Source: an uncultured Elusimicrobiaceae bacterium (GTDB taxonomy: Bacteria; Elusimicrobiota; Elusimicrobia; Elusimicrobiales; UBA9959). From it: a DNA stretch of 64,000 nt. The position numbers and the translations under genes were made by a program. Below the pieces are notes generated by a model that saw nothing but the letters and a program-made list of their open reading frames with translations, made no database searches and was not told the DNA's origin. The stretch lies in the NCBI GenBank assembly GCA_964587805.1, contig CAZPMW010000001.1:4969-68968 (forward strand), read 5' to 3'. This document shows, piece after piece, positions 19,103-28,984 of this stretch (positions within the stretch are counted from its first letter, which is position 1; each line of letters begins with the position of its first letter).

Positions 19103-19107
19103 ATTCA

Positions 19108-22100
19108 ATGATGAAGTCCGCTGGTTTTATCCATCTGCATAACCATTCCGAGTATTCGCTGCTCGACGGCATGCTGCGCATCACGGATGGCGAAGGAAAA
19201 CCCTCGGATTTTCTCAAAGGCCTGGCGGACGCAAAGATCCCGGCGCTGGCTTTCACCGACCACGGCAACATGTATGGCGCGATGGAATTTTATTTCACCG
19301 CCCAGGCCGCGGGCATCAGGCCCATAATCGGCTGCGAAGTCTATACCGCCAAAGGCTCCCGCCTGGAGAAAGACAAGTCTTCATCACGCAAGGATAACGG
19401 GCACCTGACCGTTCTGGCCCGGAATCAGACCGGCTACCGGAACCTGATGAAGCTGGTGTCAAATAGTTTTCTGGAGGGCTTTTACCACGACCCGCGCATA
19501 GACATGGAGGTCCTGGAGCGGTACCATGAGGGGCTGGTGGTGCTTTCAGGCTGCCTGAAGTCCCACCTGTCCCGCGCCTGCGCGCTGGGGGATATAGACG
19601 CGGCCGTGAAAATAGCTGTCCGGTATTCCGACATCATGGGGAAAGGAAATTTCTTTCTGGAACTGATGGACCACGGCATTCCCGAAGAGGCGGCCGCGCT
19701 GAAGGGGCTTCTGGAAGTCGCCAGGCGCACCGGTCTGCCGGTGGTAGCGACCAACGATTGCCATTACCTGCGCAAGGAAGACTGGGAGGCGCACGACGTG
19801 CATATCTGCATCTCCACCGGCGCTCTGCTGAGCGACCCGGACAGGATGAAGATGGGCATGCACGAGCTTTATTTCAAGAGCCCGGAGGAGATGACGCGGC
19901 TTTTTTCGCATACCCCGGAGGCCGTTAAGAACACTATCGCCATCGCCGAGATGTGCGACCTGAAGATGGATTCCGGCAAGCTCTATCTGCCGGACTTCGA
20001 AGTCCCGGCCGAATACCGGGCCGGGCGCAGCGTCGAGGACGCGCAGTTCGCGTATCTCGAAAATCTTTGTTCCCGCGGACTCGAGACCAAGCTGGGCCGG
20101 GTAAGCGAGGAGTACCGGAGCCGCCTGGCTTACGAGCTCAGGGTAATAAGCGGGATGGGCTTCTCGGGTTATTTTCTTATCGTCATGGATTTCATACTTT
20201 ACGCCAGGGCCCACGGAGTTCCGGTGGGGCCGGGCCGCGGCTCCGGCGCGGGCTCGCTGGTGGCTTTCGCGCTGGATATCACGCGCGTTGACCCCATAAC
20301 GAACGGCCTGCTGTTCGAGCGGTTCCTGAACCCGGACCGCAAGAGCATGCCTGACCTGGATATCGATTTCGCGGATTCCGGCCGCGAGGCCATAATAGAG
20401 TATGTCCGGCAAAAATACGGCGCCGGCAATGTCGCCAATATCATCACATATAACACCATCAAGGCCAAGACGGCGGTTAAGGACGTGGGCCGCGTCATGA
20501 GCGTGCCGCTCCCCGATGTTAACGCCATCTCCAAGCTCATCCCGGATAAGGAGACGCTCTATAAGGCCATCAGCACCGTGCCCGAGCTGCGCGAGCGGCA
20601 GAAGGATCCTAAGATAAAAAAGATGTTCGAGATCGCGCATAAGATCGAGGGCCTGCGCCGCCAGACCAGCGTGCACGCGGCCGGGGTGGTCATTACAAAA
20701 GAGCAGGTCACGAATTATGTCCCGCTAGCTAACAGGAACAACAAGAACGTAGTGACCACGCAGTATGACGGCAACATGCTCACCCGGCTCGGTCTGCTGA
20801 AAGTAGATTTTCTGGGCTTAAGGACCCTTACGATCATTGAGACGGCGTCAGAGCTTATACGCGGCGGCAAGGGCGGGAATTTTGACATCTACCAGATCCC
20901 TCTGGACGACAAAAAAACTTACGACCTGCTCTGCGATGGCCGCACCACCGGCGTCTTCCAGCTGGAAAGCGAAGGCATGCGCAAGCTTATCAAGGGCCTC
21001 AAGCCGTCCCAGTTCAGCGACATCGCCGCGCTGGTGGCGCTATACCGCCCCGGGCCCATACAGAGCGGCATGCTCGATCTGTTCGTGGAGCGCAAGCATG
21101 GCCGCAAAAAGATCGTCTATGACCACCCGGTCCTGGAACCTATTCTGAAAGACACTTACGGCACCATGGTCTATCAGGAGCAGGTCATGGAGATCTCCAA
21201 GAAGCTCGCCCTGTTCACGCCAGGAGAAGCGGATTCCCTGCGTAAGGCTATGGGAAAGAAGAAGCCGGAGGAGATGGAGCAGTCCCGGGTAAAATTCGCG
21301 GAGGGCGCCAAAAAGAACGGCATCCCGCTGAAGCTGTCCACAAAGATCTTCGACCAGATACTGCAGTTCGCCGGCTACGGCTTCAATAAATCCCACTCCG
21401 TGGCTTACGCGCTTGTCGCCTACCAGACCGCCTGGCTAAAGGCCAATTTTCCGGTGGAATTCATGTGCGCGCTGCTGACCAGCGAGATAGGGCATAACGC
21501 CGTTAACTCCGAGGAGAAGGAGAACAAACAGGTCACCTATATCGGCGAAGCCCAGGCCATGGAGATAGAGATACTCGGCCCTGACCTCAATCATTCCGGC
21601 AGGATATTCGCCATAGAGGAAAAGGCCGGCAAGCCGGCGGTGCGCTTCGCCCTTACCGCTGTCAAGAACGTCGGAGAGGGCGTTGTTGACGCCATCGTGA
21701 GCGAGCGGGACAGGAACGGGCCTTTCAAATCTTTTGAAGAGTTCACTCTCCGCGCCGACGGCAAGCAGCTGAATAAGCGCGTAATTGAGTCTATGGCCAA
21801 GAGCGGCGCCCTCGACGGACTTTATCCTTCCCCGACAGTTGAACTGGCCCGCACGAAGGCCCTTAAAGCCGTGGAGAGCTTCAGCGAAACCGGTTCCAAA
21901 AGCCGCAAGGAGCAGGAAGGGCAGGACTTCCTGTTCGGGGTGGCCGCCTCGCGCAGGCCTTCGGCCGTCGCAGTGCCGCCTTCAGAGGCGCTTAACGAGC
22001 ACACGATCCTGAAATACGAGAAAGAGGTTCTGGGCTTTTATTTCTCCGGCCACCCGCTGAACAGTTACCGGCGGCATATTTCCATGATTTCCAATTCGGA

Positions 22101-22650
22101 TATAGAAAAGATCCTCACGGCCGGTTTTAAGGCCGGCGATGTCGTGCGCGTGGCCGGCATAGTGCTCCAGTCCAAGGTGATGCAGACAAAAAAAGGCGAT
22201 ACCATGGCCAAGTTCGAGCTGGAGGACCTCACCGGCAGCATCGGCGTCTGCCTGTTCCCCAGAAATTACGCAGCTTACGGCTCGCAGCTTTCCCCGAACA
22301 AGATCGTGGTGGTCTCCGGCAAGGTGCAGGAATCCAATTTCGGACAGAATGCTTTCGAGCTGGTGGCGGAAGAGGTGCTGGGGCTTTTCGACGCGATGAA
22401 TAAATGGGGCAGGCATATCATGATCCGGATGCCGGACGGCATTCTTTTCGACGAAAAGCAGCTGGGCGAGCTGAAGCATACGCTCAGCCGAAGTCACGGC
22501 GAGTGTCCGGTTTACCTCAAGGTGAGCACGAAGGCGAAGAGCTCGTACATCGTGGAGACCAGCGACCGGGTAGCGCTGAACGAGGCACTGTTCAAGGATC
22601 TGGAAAAAATACTGGGGGTGCAAACATGGCAGGTGGAAAGCACATACTGA
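19108..22650 (+). CDS. dnaE: DNA polymerase III alpha subunit
   Basis: Start at MMKSAGFIHLHNHSEYSLLDG (PHP domain), followed by polymerase core motifs and a C-terminal OB fold. The 92-codon upstream extension in the track overlaps the Nudix gene on the opposite strand and is rejected. Confidence 0.95.
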   Translation: MMKSAGFIHLHNHSEYSLLDGMLRITDGEGKPSDFLKGLADAKIPALAFTDHGNMYGAMEFYFTAQAAGIRPIIGCEVYTAKGSRLEKDKSSSRKDNGHLTVLARNQTGYRNLMKLVSNSFLEGFYHDPRIDMEVLERYHEGLVVLSGCLKSHLSRACALGDIDAAVKIAVRYSDIMGKGNFFLELMDHGIPEEAAALKGLLEVARRTGLPVVATNDCHYLRKEDWEAHDVHICISTGALLSDPDRMKMGMHELYFKSPEEMTRLFSHTPEAVKNTIAIAEMCDLKMDSGKLYLPDFEVPAEYRAGRSVEDAQFAYLENLCSRGLETKLGRVSEEYRSRLAYELRVISGMGFSGYFLIVMDFILYARAHGVPVGPGRGSGAGSLVAFALDITRVDPITNGLLFERFLNPDRKSMPDLDIDFADSGREAIIEYVRQKYGAGNVANIITYNTIKAKTAVKDVGRVMSVPLPDVNAISKLIPDKETLYKAISTVPELRERQKDPKIKKMFEIAHKIEGLRRQTSVHAAGVVITKEQVTNYVPLANRNNKNVVTTQYDGNMLTRLGLLKVDFLGLRTLTIIETASELIRGGKGGNFDIYQIPLDDKKTYDLLCDGRTTGVFQLESEGMRKLIKGLKPSQFSDIAALVALYRPGPIQSGMLDLFVERKHGRKKIVYDHPVLEPILKDTYGTMVYQEQVMEISKKLALFTPGEADSLRKAMGKKKPEEMEQSRVKFAEGAKKNGIPLKLSTKIFDQILQFAGYGFNKSHSVAYALVAYQTAWLKANFPVEFMCALLTSEIGHNAVNSEEKENKQVTYIGEAQAMEIEILGPDLNHSGRIFAIEEKAGKPAVRFALTAVKNVGEGVVDAIVSERDRNGPFKSFEEFTLRADGKQLNKRVIESMAKSGALDGLYPSPTVELARTKALKAVESFSETGSKSRKEQEGQDFLFGVAASRRPSAVAVPPSEALNEHTILKYEKEVLGFYFSGHPLNSYRRHISMISNSDIEKILTAGFKAGDVVRVAGIVLQSKVMQTKKGDTMAKFELEDLTGSIGVCLFPRNYAAYGSQLSPNKIVVVSGKVQESNFGQNAFELVAEEVLGLFDAMNKWGRHIMIRMPDGILFDEKQLGELKHTLSRSHGECPVYLKVSTKAKSSYIVETSDRVALNEALFKDLEKILGVQTWQVESTY

Positions 22651-23000
22651 TAGCTGATGACGATCCGGATATCGTCAACCTGCTTGAGGCGTATTATAAG
22701 GGGAAAGGTTTCGAGGTGAGCGTCGCGACGAACGGCAAGGACGCCCTGCAGCGCATAGAGGCCGGGAAATTCGACCTTGTGCTCATGGACGTGATGATGC
22801 CCTACATAGACGGCTACCATGTTACTTATGAGGTAACCTCTAAGTTCGGAGCGGATGCGCCCAAAGTTATAATCATGACCTCCCGGGACGTGGCCAGCGA
22901 AAGGGGCATCGCCATGCTTAGCGGAGCCCGCGACGTGCTGCAGAAGCCGTTCACGCTCGACGACCTGGATAAAAAGGTAGACGCCCTGCTGGGCGCTTAA
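22626..23000 (+). CDS. Single-domain response regulator (CheY-like receiver)
   Basis: HILIADDDPDIVNLL...DLVLMDVMMPYIDG...IIMTS...LQKPF. Start at the ATG at 22626, overlapping the dnaE end by 25 nt. Confidence 0.8.
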   Translation: MAGGKHILIADDDPDIVNLLEAYYKGKGFEVSVATNGKDALQRIEAGKFDLVLMDVMMPYIDGYHVTYEVTSKFGADAPKVIIMTSRDVASERGIAMLSGARDVLQKPFTLDDLDKKVDALLGA

Positions 23001-23033
23001 CCAGAAGATACCCGCCTCGGTTTCAGGCGGAAC

Positions 23034-23070
23034 GCAGCGTGAGGAATAAGAAGAGAAGACGCTGCTTTTG
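23034..23070 (+). terminator. Rho-independent terminator candidate
   Basis: gcagcgt (23034-23040) pairs with acgctgc (23059-65) and is followed by ttttg. The loop is a large 18 nt. Confidence 0.45.
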
Positions 23071-23106
23071 CGCGGCGCGGCAGGAGCCGGGAAATTAAAA
23101 TAAAGG

Positions 23107-23895
23107 ATGAAAACAATGAAAAAAATAAAACTATTAGCGGCGCTTGTCTGCGCCGTCTGCGCGCTTAACGCGGCGGCTTTTGCCGCAAAAGATACGGATA
23201 AGGGGAAGGGCGAAAGCGTCGTTCTGCCGGACATCGAACTCATCGACATCCCCACGGCGGGCATTCTCGACTATTACGGCTTCCAGCTCAGGACCCGGGC
23301 CTATTCGGCCGGCGGCGTGCAGACCGGGCTTAATTTCGGAGTGCTGGAGCGGCTTAACCTGGGGGCTTCGATGGCCGTAGACAGGCTGATAGGTTCCGAG
23401 TCGCATATAAAAATGCGGCGGCCGGAGATACAGGTTAAATTCAGATTCTATGACGGCGGATATTACATCCCCGCGGCTGCACTGGGCTATGACGGACAGG
23501 GCTACTACTACCAGGGCAACCACGACTACCCGGAATACGGCAAATACCTGGAAAAAAGCAGAGGCCTGTATCTGGCCGGCTCCAAAGAGGTGGGAATTCC
23601 TAACTTTGTGCTGCACAGCGGATTCAATATCTCTGATTTCGACGAAAATCTGCTTTTCGGATTTATCGGCGCGAATTACACTGTGGAAAACAAGGTGTCT
23701 TTCATGCTCGAATTCGATAATCTGTTCCACGCCGGCTATCCCTCCAGGTCCAATGTCGGCACCAGGATCTACGTGACCCCCTACCTGCAGCTGGACCTGA
23801 GCATCAGGGAACTTGGCGCGCACAGGGATTTTAACCGGGACCTGAAAAGGAAAAGCGAGCGCATAGTACAGCTGAAGTATAATACGAACTTTTAA
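23107..23895 (+). CDS. Predicted outer-membrane beta-barrel protein (hypothetical)
   Basis: Signal peptide MKTMKKIKLLAALVCAVCALNAAAFA. Alternating beta-strand pattern. The C-terminus ...LKYNTNF ends in Phe. Confidence 0.65.
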   Translation: MKTMKKIKLLAALVCAVCALNAAAFAAKDTDKGKGESVVLPDIELIDIPTAGILDYYGFQLRTRAYSAGGVQTGLNFGVLERLNLGASMAVDRLIGSESHIKMRRPEIQVKFRFYDGGYYIPAAALGYDGQGYYYQGNHDYPEYGKYLEKSRGLYLAGSKEVGIPNFVLHSGFNISDFDENLLFGFIGANYTVENKVSFMLEFDNLFHAGYPSRSNVGTRIYVTPYLQLDLSIRELGAHRDFNRDLKRKSERIVQLKYNTNF

Positions 23896-23938
23896 ATGAG
23901 GCTCGGGACAACCCGATCCGTCAGCGGAGGAGAAGACC

Positions 23939-24973
23939 ATGAAAAAGAAAATAGGAATACTGACCGGCGGCGGCGACTGCCCCGGGCTTAACCCGGCGAT
24001 ACGCGGCTGCGTGTATGCGGCGGAAAAACACGGCTATGAATGCGTCGGACTGACCGACGGGTGGAAGGGCCTTATGGAGGGCGCCGTCACGCCGCTTAAC
24101 AGGGAGATAGCGGAATATATAATAATGAAAGGCGGCACGATGCTGGGCACCTCGCGCACCAATCCGGTGAAAACAGAAGGCGGCATCCAAAAATGTCTCG
24201 CGAATTTCAAGAAGCTGGACCTTCACGCGCTGGTCGCGATGGGCGGCGACGATACGCTGGGCGTGGCGACCAGGCTTTATAAGGATCACGGGCTGAACGT
24301 GGTGGGCGTGCCCAAGACCATGGACAACGATCTCAGCGGAACCGATTTCACTTTCGGCTTTGACACCTCGGTCACGCTCGCCATGCAGGCGGCTCAGTCC
24401 CTGCTGGACACCGGGGCCAGCCATCACCGCATCATGGTGCTGGAAGTCATGGGCCGGCACGCCGGCTGGGTGGCTCTTTATACCGCTATAGCTTCGGCCG
24501 CGGACTATGTCTGCATTCCGGAGAAGAAGATAGATCCCGCCGAGATGGTGCGAAAGCTTACGGCGGCCTACGCAAGAAAGCGCTTCGCGCTGGTGGTCAC
24601 CAGCGAGGCGGCCGAAATGCCTGAGGCCGGAGAGGATAATCTTAAGCACGCTCTGGACCAGTTCGGCCATCGTATCCTTAAAGACAGAGGGATAGGGGAG
24701 CATATCGCCGCGTTCGTGGAGAAAAAGACCGGCATAGAGACCCGGCACGCTGTTATCGGCCATATGCAGCGCGGCGGCGCGCCGACCCTGTTTGACAGGA
24801 TACTCGCCACCCGCGTGGGCATGAAGGCCGCGGACCTGGTGCACACCGGACAGTTCGGCATGATGAGCGCCCTGGTCGGCAATAAGATCGAAGGAGTGCC
24901 GCTGGAAAACGCCACGGGGCAGTTGAAGACCGTGTCCCCGGACTGGTTCGAGATGATGGAGGTGCTGTTTTAG
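23939..24973 (+). CDS. pfp: 6-phosphofructokinase, PfkA family, with PPi-dependent-type signature residues
   Basis: GILTGGGDCPGLN, MGGDDTLG (Asp where ATP-PFKs have Gly104) and PKTMDNDL (Lys where ATP-PFKs have Gly124). Confidence 0.85.
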   Translation: MKKKIGILTGGGDCPGLNPAIRGCVYAAEKHGYECVGLTDGWKGLMEGAVTPLNREIAEYIIMKGGTMLGTSRTNPVKTEGGIQKCLANFKKLDLHALVAMGGDDTLGVATRLYKDHGLNVVGVPKTMDNDLSGTDFTFGFDTSVTLAMQAAQSLLDTGASHHRIMVLEVMGRHAGWVALYTAIASAADYVCIPEKKIDPAEMVRKLTAAYARKRFALVVTSEAAEMPEAGEDNLKHALDQFGHRILKDRGIGEHIAAFVEKKTGIETRHAVIGHMQRGGAPTLFDRILATRVGMKAADLVHTGQFGMMSALVGNKIEGVPLENATGQLKTVSPDWFEMMEVLF

Positions 24974-25070
24974 GGCGGCGTCAAAGCAGGGGAGTCCGCG
25001 TGCGGCTGCCGGGTGCTTTTAATCCGCGGCTTGCCAGATTCGTCTACCAAGGAATGGAAGGGGAGAATTT

Positions 25071-25610
25071 ATGACAGAACAACCAGCTCAGCAGTTCCAG
25101 CGCAAAACCATACTGATAAAGAAAAAGCTTCAATACCGCTATATGGCGCTGATATTTCTAAGCGTGCTGATAGCCTTCCTGGTGGTGGGGCTTGACCTCA
25201 TCTGGACCATCTCCAAGGTCGTAAACGACCATCCTATGATACAGCCGCTGCTGGAGGATATGCTGAACATGGTGCCTCTTTTCATGATCAAGGTCGCCAT
25301 GTATATGGCAATCGTCCTTATCATGTCCGCTGTCGTGTCCCACCGGATGGCCGGGCCGATATATAAATTCGAGAAAAGCTGCGCCACCGTGGCCTCCGGA
25401 GATCTGACCCACCGCGTATACCTGCGCAAGGGCGACCAGCTTGACGAGCTGCAGGACCACTTCAATAAGATGATGGTGTCCGTGAACGCGCTGGCGAAGC
25501 AGCTGGAATCTTTCAAGGCCGAGGCCGCCGGAAAGGACCCTGCGCTCAGGGCCAGAGCTGATGAGGCGTCCCGCGCGATATCCGCTATCATGCCGGGGTA
25601 CAAGTTTTGA
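25071..25610 (+). CDS. Small membrane protein consisting of two TM helices plus a HAMP domain
   Basis: Two TM helices are followed by HRMAGPIYKFEKSCATVASGDLTHRVYLRKGDQLDELQDHFNKMM, a HAMP pattern. No kinase or MCP signalling domain follows. Confidence 0.6.
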   Translation: MTEQPAQQFQRKTILIKKKLQYRYMALIFLSVLIAFLVVGLDLIWTISKVVNDHPMIQPLLEDMLNMVPLFMIKVAMYMAIVLIMSAVVSHRMAGPIYKFEKSCATVASGDLTHRVYLRKGDQLDELQDHFNKMMVSVNALAKQLESFKAEAAGKDPALRARADEASRAISAIMPGYKF

Positions 25611-25725
25611 AGGCAAAAGGATAAGGGCTAAAGGCTGTCCGCTCCCCCGGCTTCAGGTCCCAGCCGCCGGCAGCGCCGGTCCGGTTCCGCAGCGGACTCT
25701 TTCCTGGAAGCCGCGCGAAAATTTT

Positions 25726-27018
25726 ATGATAAAGAGCATCGTGACGCTTTTGTTGATCGTGTCTCCGGCTCAGCCGTCCCATGGACAGGCGAACAGGGAA
25801 CCGGAGGTGCTCACGCTTGAGGAGGTGGTCGCGCGCGCCGTTAAAAACGACCCGCTGCTTCTTTCCTCCGAGCAGGATATCATCATCGCCAGACAGCGGG
25901 TGCGGGAAGCGAGATTCATAAACATGCCACAGTTGGCGCTTTCCGGCACTTTTTCCCGGGTAAACCTGGAATACCCCACGATACTTGGGCCCGAATTGGG
26001 GGACAGGTACCTGGACCCGGCGGTTAACAATAATTTCTACACGATGCGGGCTTACGCGCTCCAGCCTCTGTATACCGGCGGACGTAATAAAAGCACGCTC
26101 CGATTGGCCAAGACCGCCCACAACCAGGCTAAAGTTAATTACGATACGGTTAGAACCGACGCTGTTTACAGGGCCAAGACCGTTTTCTACACTTTGCTTT
26201 TTAATAAGAAACAGCGCGAGCTGACGCAACTGCGCCGGACCATGGCCCGCGACCTCAGCGAGAGGATTCGCAAAGACGCCTGGGAGGCCATAGAGGCCAG
26301 GCTATTGCTGGCCGGCCTGGAGAAACAGGCCGAGCAGTTCGCGCATGACGAGGAGGTCTCAAAGGCCGGGCTCGCCAGGATACTTAACCGTGAGCCTTCC
26401 TACCAGATTGATATAACCGGAGAATTAGCGCCGCTGCCGGCTGCGGCAACCGTCCAGAAGAGCCTGGTGACCGCCATGGAGGTGCGCTCGGAGCTAAAGA
26501 GCGAGATCTATAAGGCCCAGATGGATGATATCGCGGTGAATATGGCCATGATAAGACGCTATCCGAATATTTATCTGGGCGCCAGCTACGATGTCCTTGG
26601 CTACAGGGTAAATTCCCTGACCGATAATTCCATCCGCGCCAACAATTGGGCGGCGTCCATCGCCATTCATTTCCCGCTTTCCTATGATATCTGGACCCAG
26701 GTTCTGCAGCGCCGCGCCCAGCAGCGCCAGGGCGATCTCAAGCGCGTGGAGCTGCAGGATAAGATACGTTTTGAGATAGTCAGCGCGCACAAAGATCTGG
26801 AGTTCTGGAGCGCGGAAGCTATTAAAAGAGAGTCCGTTCTGGCGGCCGCTGAGAGGGACTACGCTGCCGCGACCGTGACGGCGCCCGCGTCGATGGCCGC
26901 CCTGCGCGCGCTGTGCTCCATATCCGATTTTAAAAAAACTTACCTTGAAAGCGTTTACCAGCACCTTCTGTCCCGCATCAAGCTCGAATGGGCTCAGGGG
27001 CGGGATCTTCCGGAGTAA
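25726..27018 (+). CDS. TolC-family outer-membrane efflux protein
   Basis: Start at MIKSIVTLLLIVSP (signal peptide). LTLEEVVARAVKNDPLLL is followed by two OEP repeats. The track's upstream 55 codons overlap the previous gene. Confidence 0.8.
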   Translation: MIKSIVTLLLIVSPAQPSHGQANREPEVLTLEEVVARAVKNDPLLLSSEQDIIIARQRVREARFINMPQLALSGTFSRVNLEYPTILGPELGDRYLDPAVNNNFYTMRAYALQPLYTGGRNKSTLRLAKTAHNQAKVNYDTVRTDAVYRAKTVFYTLLFNKKQRELTQLRRTMARDLSERIRKDAWEAIEARLLLAGLEKQAEQFAHDEEVSKAGLARILNREPSYQIDITGELAPLPAAATVQKSLVTAMEVRSELKSEIYKAQMDDIAVNMAMIRRYPNIYLGASYDVLGYRVNSLTDNSIRANNWAASIAIHFPLSYDIWTQVLQRRAQQRQGDLKRVELQDKIRFEIVSAHKDLEFWSAEAIKRESVLAAAERDYAAATVTAPASMAALRALCSISDFKKTYLESVYQHLLSRIKLEWAQGRDLPE

Positions 27019-27044
27019 AACCTCCCAGGCCAAAAGGTTCCAGG

Positions 27045-28019
27045 ATGAAGGATAACGGATTAAAGGCGGTAAAGATCTTTTTGTTGTCCTGCGCGCTGTG
27101 TTCTGCAGCGCTTGTCCGGGCTTCGGCGCAGGACCAATCAAGGGAAGACGGGATTCTGCGCGAGTTTATGTGGGATAAGCTTTCCCGGACAGGCCCGGAG
27201 GGGCGGCCCGCCGTCGGGCTCGCGCTTTCCGGCGGCGGCGCGCGCGGTTTCGCTCACGCTGGCGTGCTGGAGGCGCTTGGCTACGCCGGCTTTCCGCTGG
27301 ATTCCATAGCGGGCACTTCCATGGGCTCGGTTATCGGGGCCCTTTACGCGTCCGGCATGAGCGTGCCCGTTATATGGGGGTTTGCTGGCAGCGCTAAAAC
27401 GCTTAAAATCTCCCGGGATTTCAGCGGTATAAAGTTCCTGAGCCTGCTCATAGCCGACAAGCTTATAACGCCTACCTATATCAACCAGTTTATAGAGAAG
27501 AATCTCGGTTCTCTCTCGTTTGACAGGCTAGCGATCCCCTTCGCCTGCGTGGCTCTTGATTTCAGGACCGGTGAAAGAGTGATTCTGGATGAAGGGCCGC
27601 TGGCGGATGCGGTCAGGGCGAGCGTAAATCTCCCCGGCGTATTCGCGCCTTTTGAATACCGCCACCGCTATCTGGTGGACGGCGGCGTGATCGATTTTGT
27701 GCCGGTGGACGCCGCCAGGCATCTTGGCGCGGATTGGGTTCTGGCAAGCGTCACCGCCGGCGTCTCCGATGAGGTGCCGGGCAATGTCCTTCTGTCGCTG
27801 CTGAAAGTTATAGACATCCAGGGAAACCTGCTCGCCGGGATAAACGCGAAGAAGGCCGATTTTGTCATCAAGCCGGAAGTCGGAAACATGAAGATGACGG
27901 ACTTCGAGTCATGCGGGGCTGCCGGTGAAGCCGGCTTGATAGAGGCCTCCAGGCGCGTTGACCAGGCCCGCGAAGCGTACCTAGTGTTCTCGGCCCGGCG
28001 CCTGTTGGAGGGCTTATGA
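27045..28019 (+). CDS. Secreted patatin-like phospholipase
   Basis: Signal peptide (KIFLLSCALCSAALVRASA). Oxyanion motif LSGGGARG, nucleophile GTSMG and catalytic VDGG are present. Confidence 0.8.
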   Translation: MKDNGLKAVKIFLLSCALCSAALVRASAQDQSREDGILREFMWDKLSRTGPEGRPAVGLALSGGGARGFAHAGVLEALGYAGFPLDSIAGTSMGSVIGALYASGMSVPVIWGFAGSAKTLKISRDFSGIKFLSLLIADKLITPTYINQFIEKNLGSLSFDRLAIPFACVALDFRTGERVILDEGPLADAVRASVNLPGVFAPFEYRHRYLVDGGVIDFVPVDAARHLGADWVLASVTAGVSDEVPGNVLLSLLKVIDIQGNLLAGINAKKADFVIKPEVGNMKMTDFESCGAAGEAGLIEASRRVDQAREAYLVFSARRLLEGL

Positions 28020-28984
28020 AAGCCTTCCTTGCCGCGCTCCTGCTTGCTGCCGCGCCATCAAGCGGAGCGGCGTTCCTTTTCGGAGGGGTGTCGGATAAAA
28101 AAGCCGGAGACATGCTGGGCCTCATGGAGGCCGGTTTTGACAGGGGGGACTGCCCTGCCGTGGTGGTAATGTCCGGAGCGCTTTTCGGCGAGAAGCCGCC
28201 CTCTGCCGTCAGGGAGAAGGCTTATTCCTACATCGGGCGCTGCTATGAATCCCAGGGGCTTCCGGATAAGGCCATTACGGTATATAAGCTGGCTTACGGT
28301 CTTTATCCGGAGAACAAATTTTATCCCTCCCGCCTCGCCGCTATCTATCTGCGGTCCGGCTTTTACGAAGTAGCCATCCCGCTGTTCGAGAAGGCTCTCA
28401 GGGACCGTTCCGACGATATCGGCGCCAACTCCGGCCTGGCCCGCTGCTACGCCTCGCTGGGATTCCTTATAAAGGCCAAGGATTACTATTCGCGGGCCGC
28501 TATTCTCGGTGACTTCAGGGACGCGGATCTGCTGAAAGAGTATGCCGGCTGGATGCTGAGGAAAAGGGATTGGGAGGAGGCGGAGCTGATATTGGGCTAC
28601 GCTGGGAAGGTGGCTCCCGGAGACGCCTGGATCTGCGAGGCTTCAGCCAGGGCCGCGGCCGGGCGCGGCGACTATAAGAAAGCCGCCGCCCACCTGCGCG
28701 AGGCCGTAAAGCTCGCCCCTTCGGACCGGCCTTTAGCGCTTGAGCTAGCGCTGGCGGAATTCCTGGGTGGGAACTATGACGCCGCTCTCGCCTTGTGTCA
28801 GGTTAACGGGCGGGATGAGAACGCGCTGGCCCTTGTGATACGCGGCATGGTCCTGCAGAAAAAAGGGGACAAGGCCCGGGCCCTGGAATATTTCAGGAAG
28901 GCGTCAGCTTTTAGCGACCGCCCCTTCATCGCGGCTTTCGCCGCGGCCCTCTCCGGGAGCGGCGGTAAGACGCTACCGCGGTGA
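28016..28984 (+). CDS. TPR-repeat protein with signal peptide
   Basis: MKAFLAALLLAAAPSSGAA is followed by multiple 34-residue TPR-like repeats (AYSYIGRCYESQGLPDKAI...). Overlaps the patatin gene by 4 nt. Confidence 0.7.
   Translation: MKAFLAALLLAAAPSSGAAFLFGGVSDKKAGDMLGLMEAGFDRGDCPAVVVMSGALFGEKPPSAVREKAYSYIGRCYESQGLPDKAITVYKLAYGLYPENKFYPSRLAAIYLRSGFYEVAIPLFEKALRDRSDDIGANSGLARCYASLGFLIKAKDYYSRAAILGDFRDADLLKEYAGWMLRKRDWEEAELILGYAGKVAPGDAWICEASARAAAGRGDYKKAAAHLREAVKLAPSDRPLALELALAEFLGGNYDAALALCQVNGRDENALALVIRGMVLQKKGDKARALEYFRKASAFSDRPFIAAFAAALSGSGGKTLPR

Noticed and set aside
18832-19107. N-terminal extensions offered by the ORF track for dnaE (18832), the response regulator (22404), TolC (25561), patatin (26988), the cutinase-like protein (34802), the RumA-like gene (to 3977), the zinc-ribbon protein (15184), the DUF1634-like gene (44266), the second patatin (42514) and the Cys-rich protein (59137).
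   Set aside because: In each case the extension overlaps a neighbouring gene or lacks an RBS. An internal ATG coincides with the conserved N-terminus or a signal peptide and is preceded by a GGAG-type SD or a -10 element.
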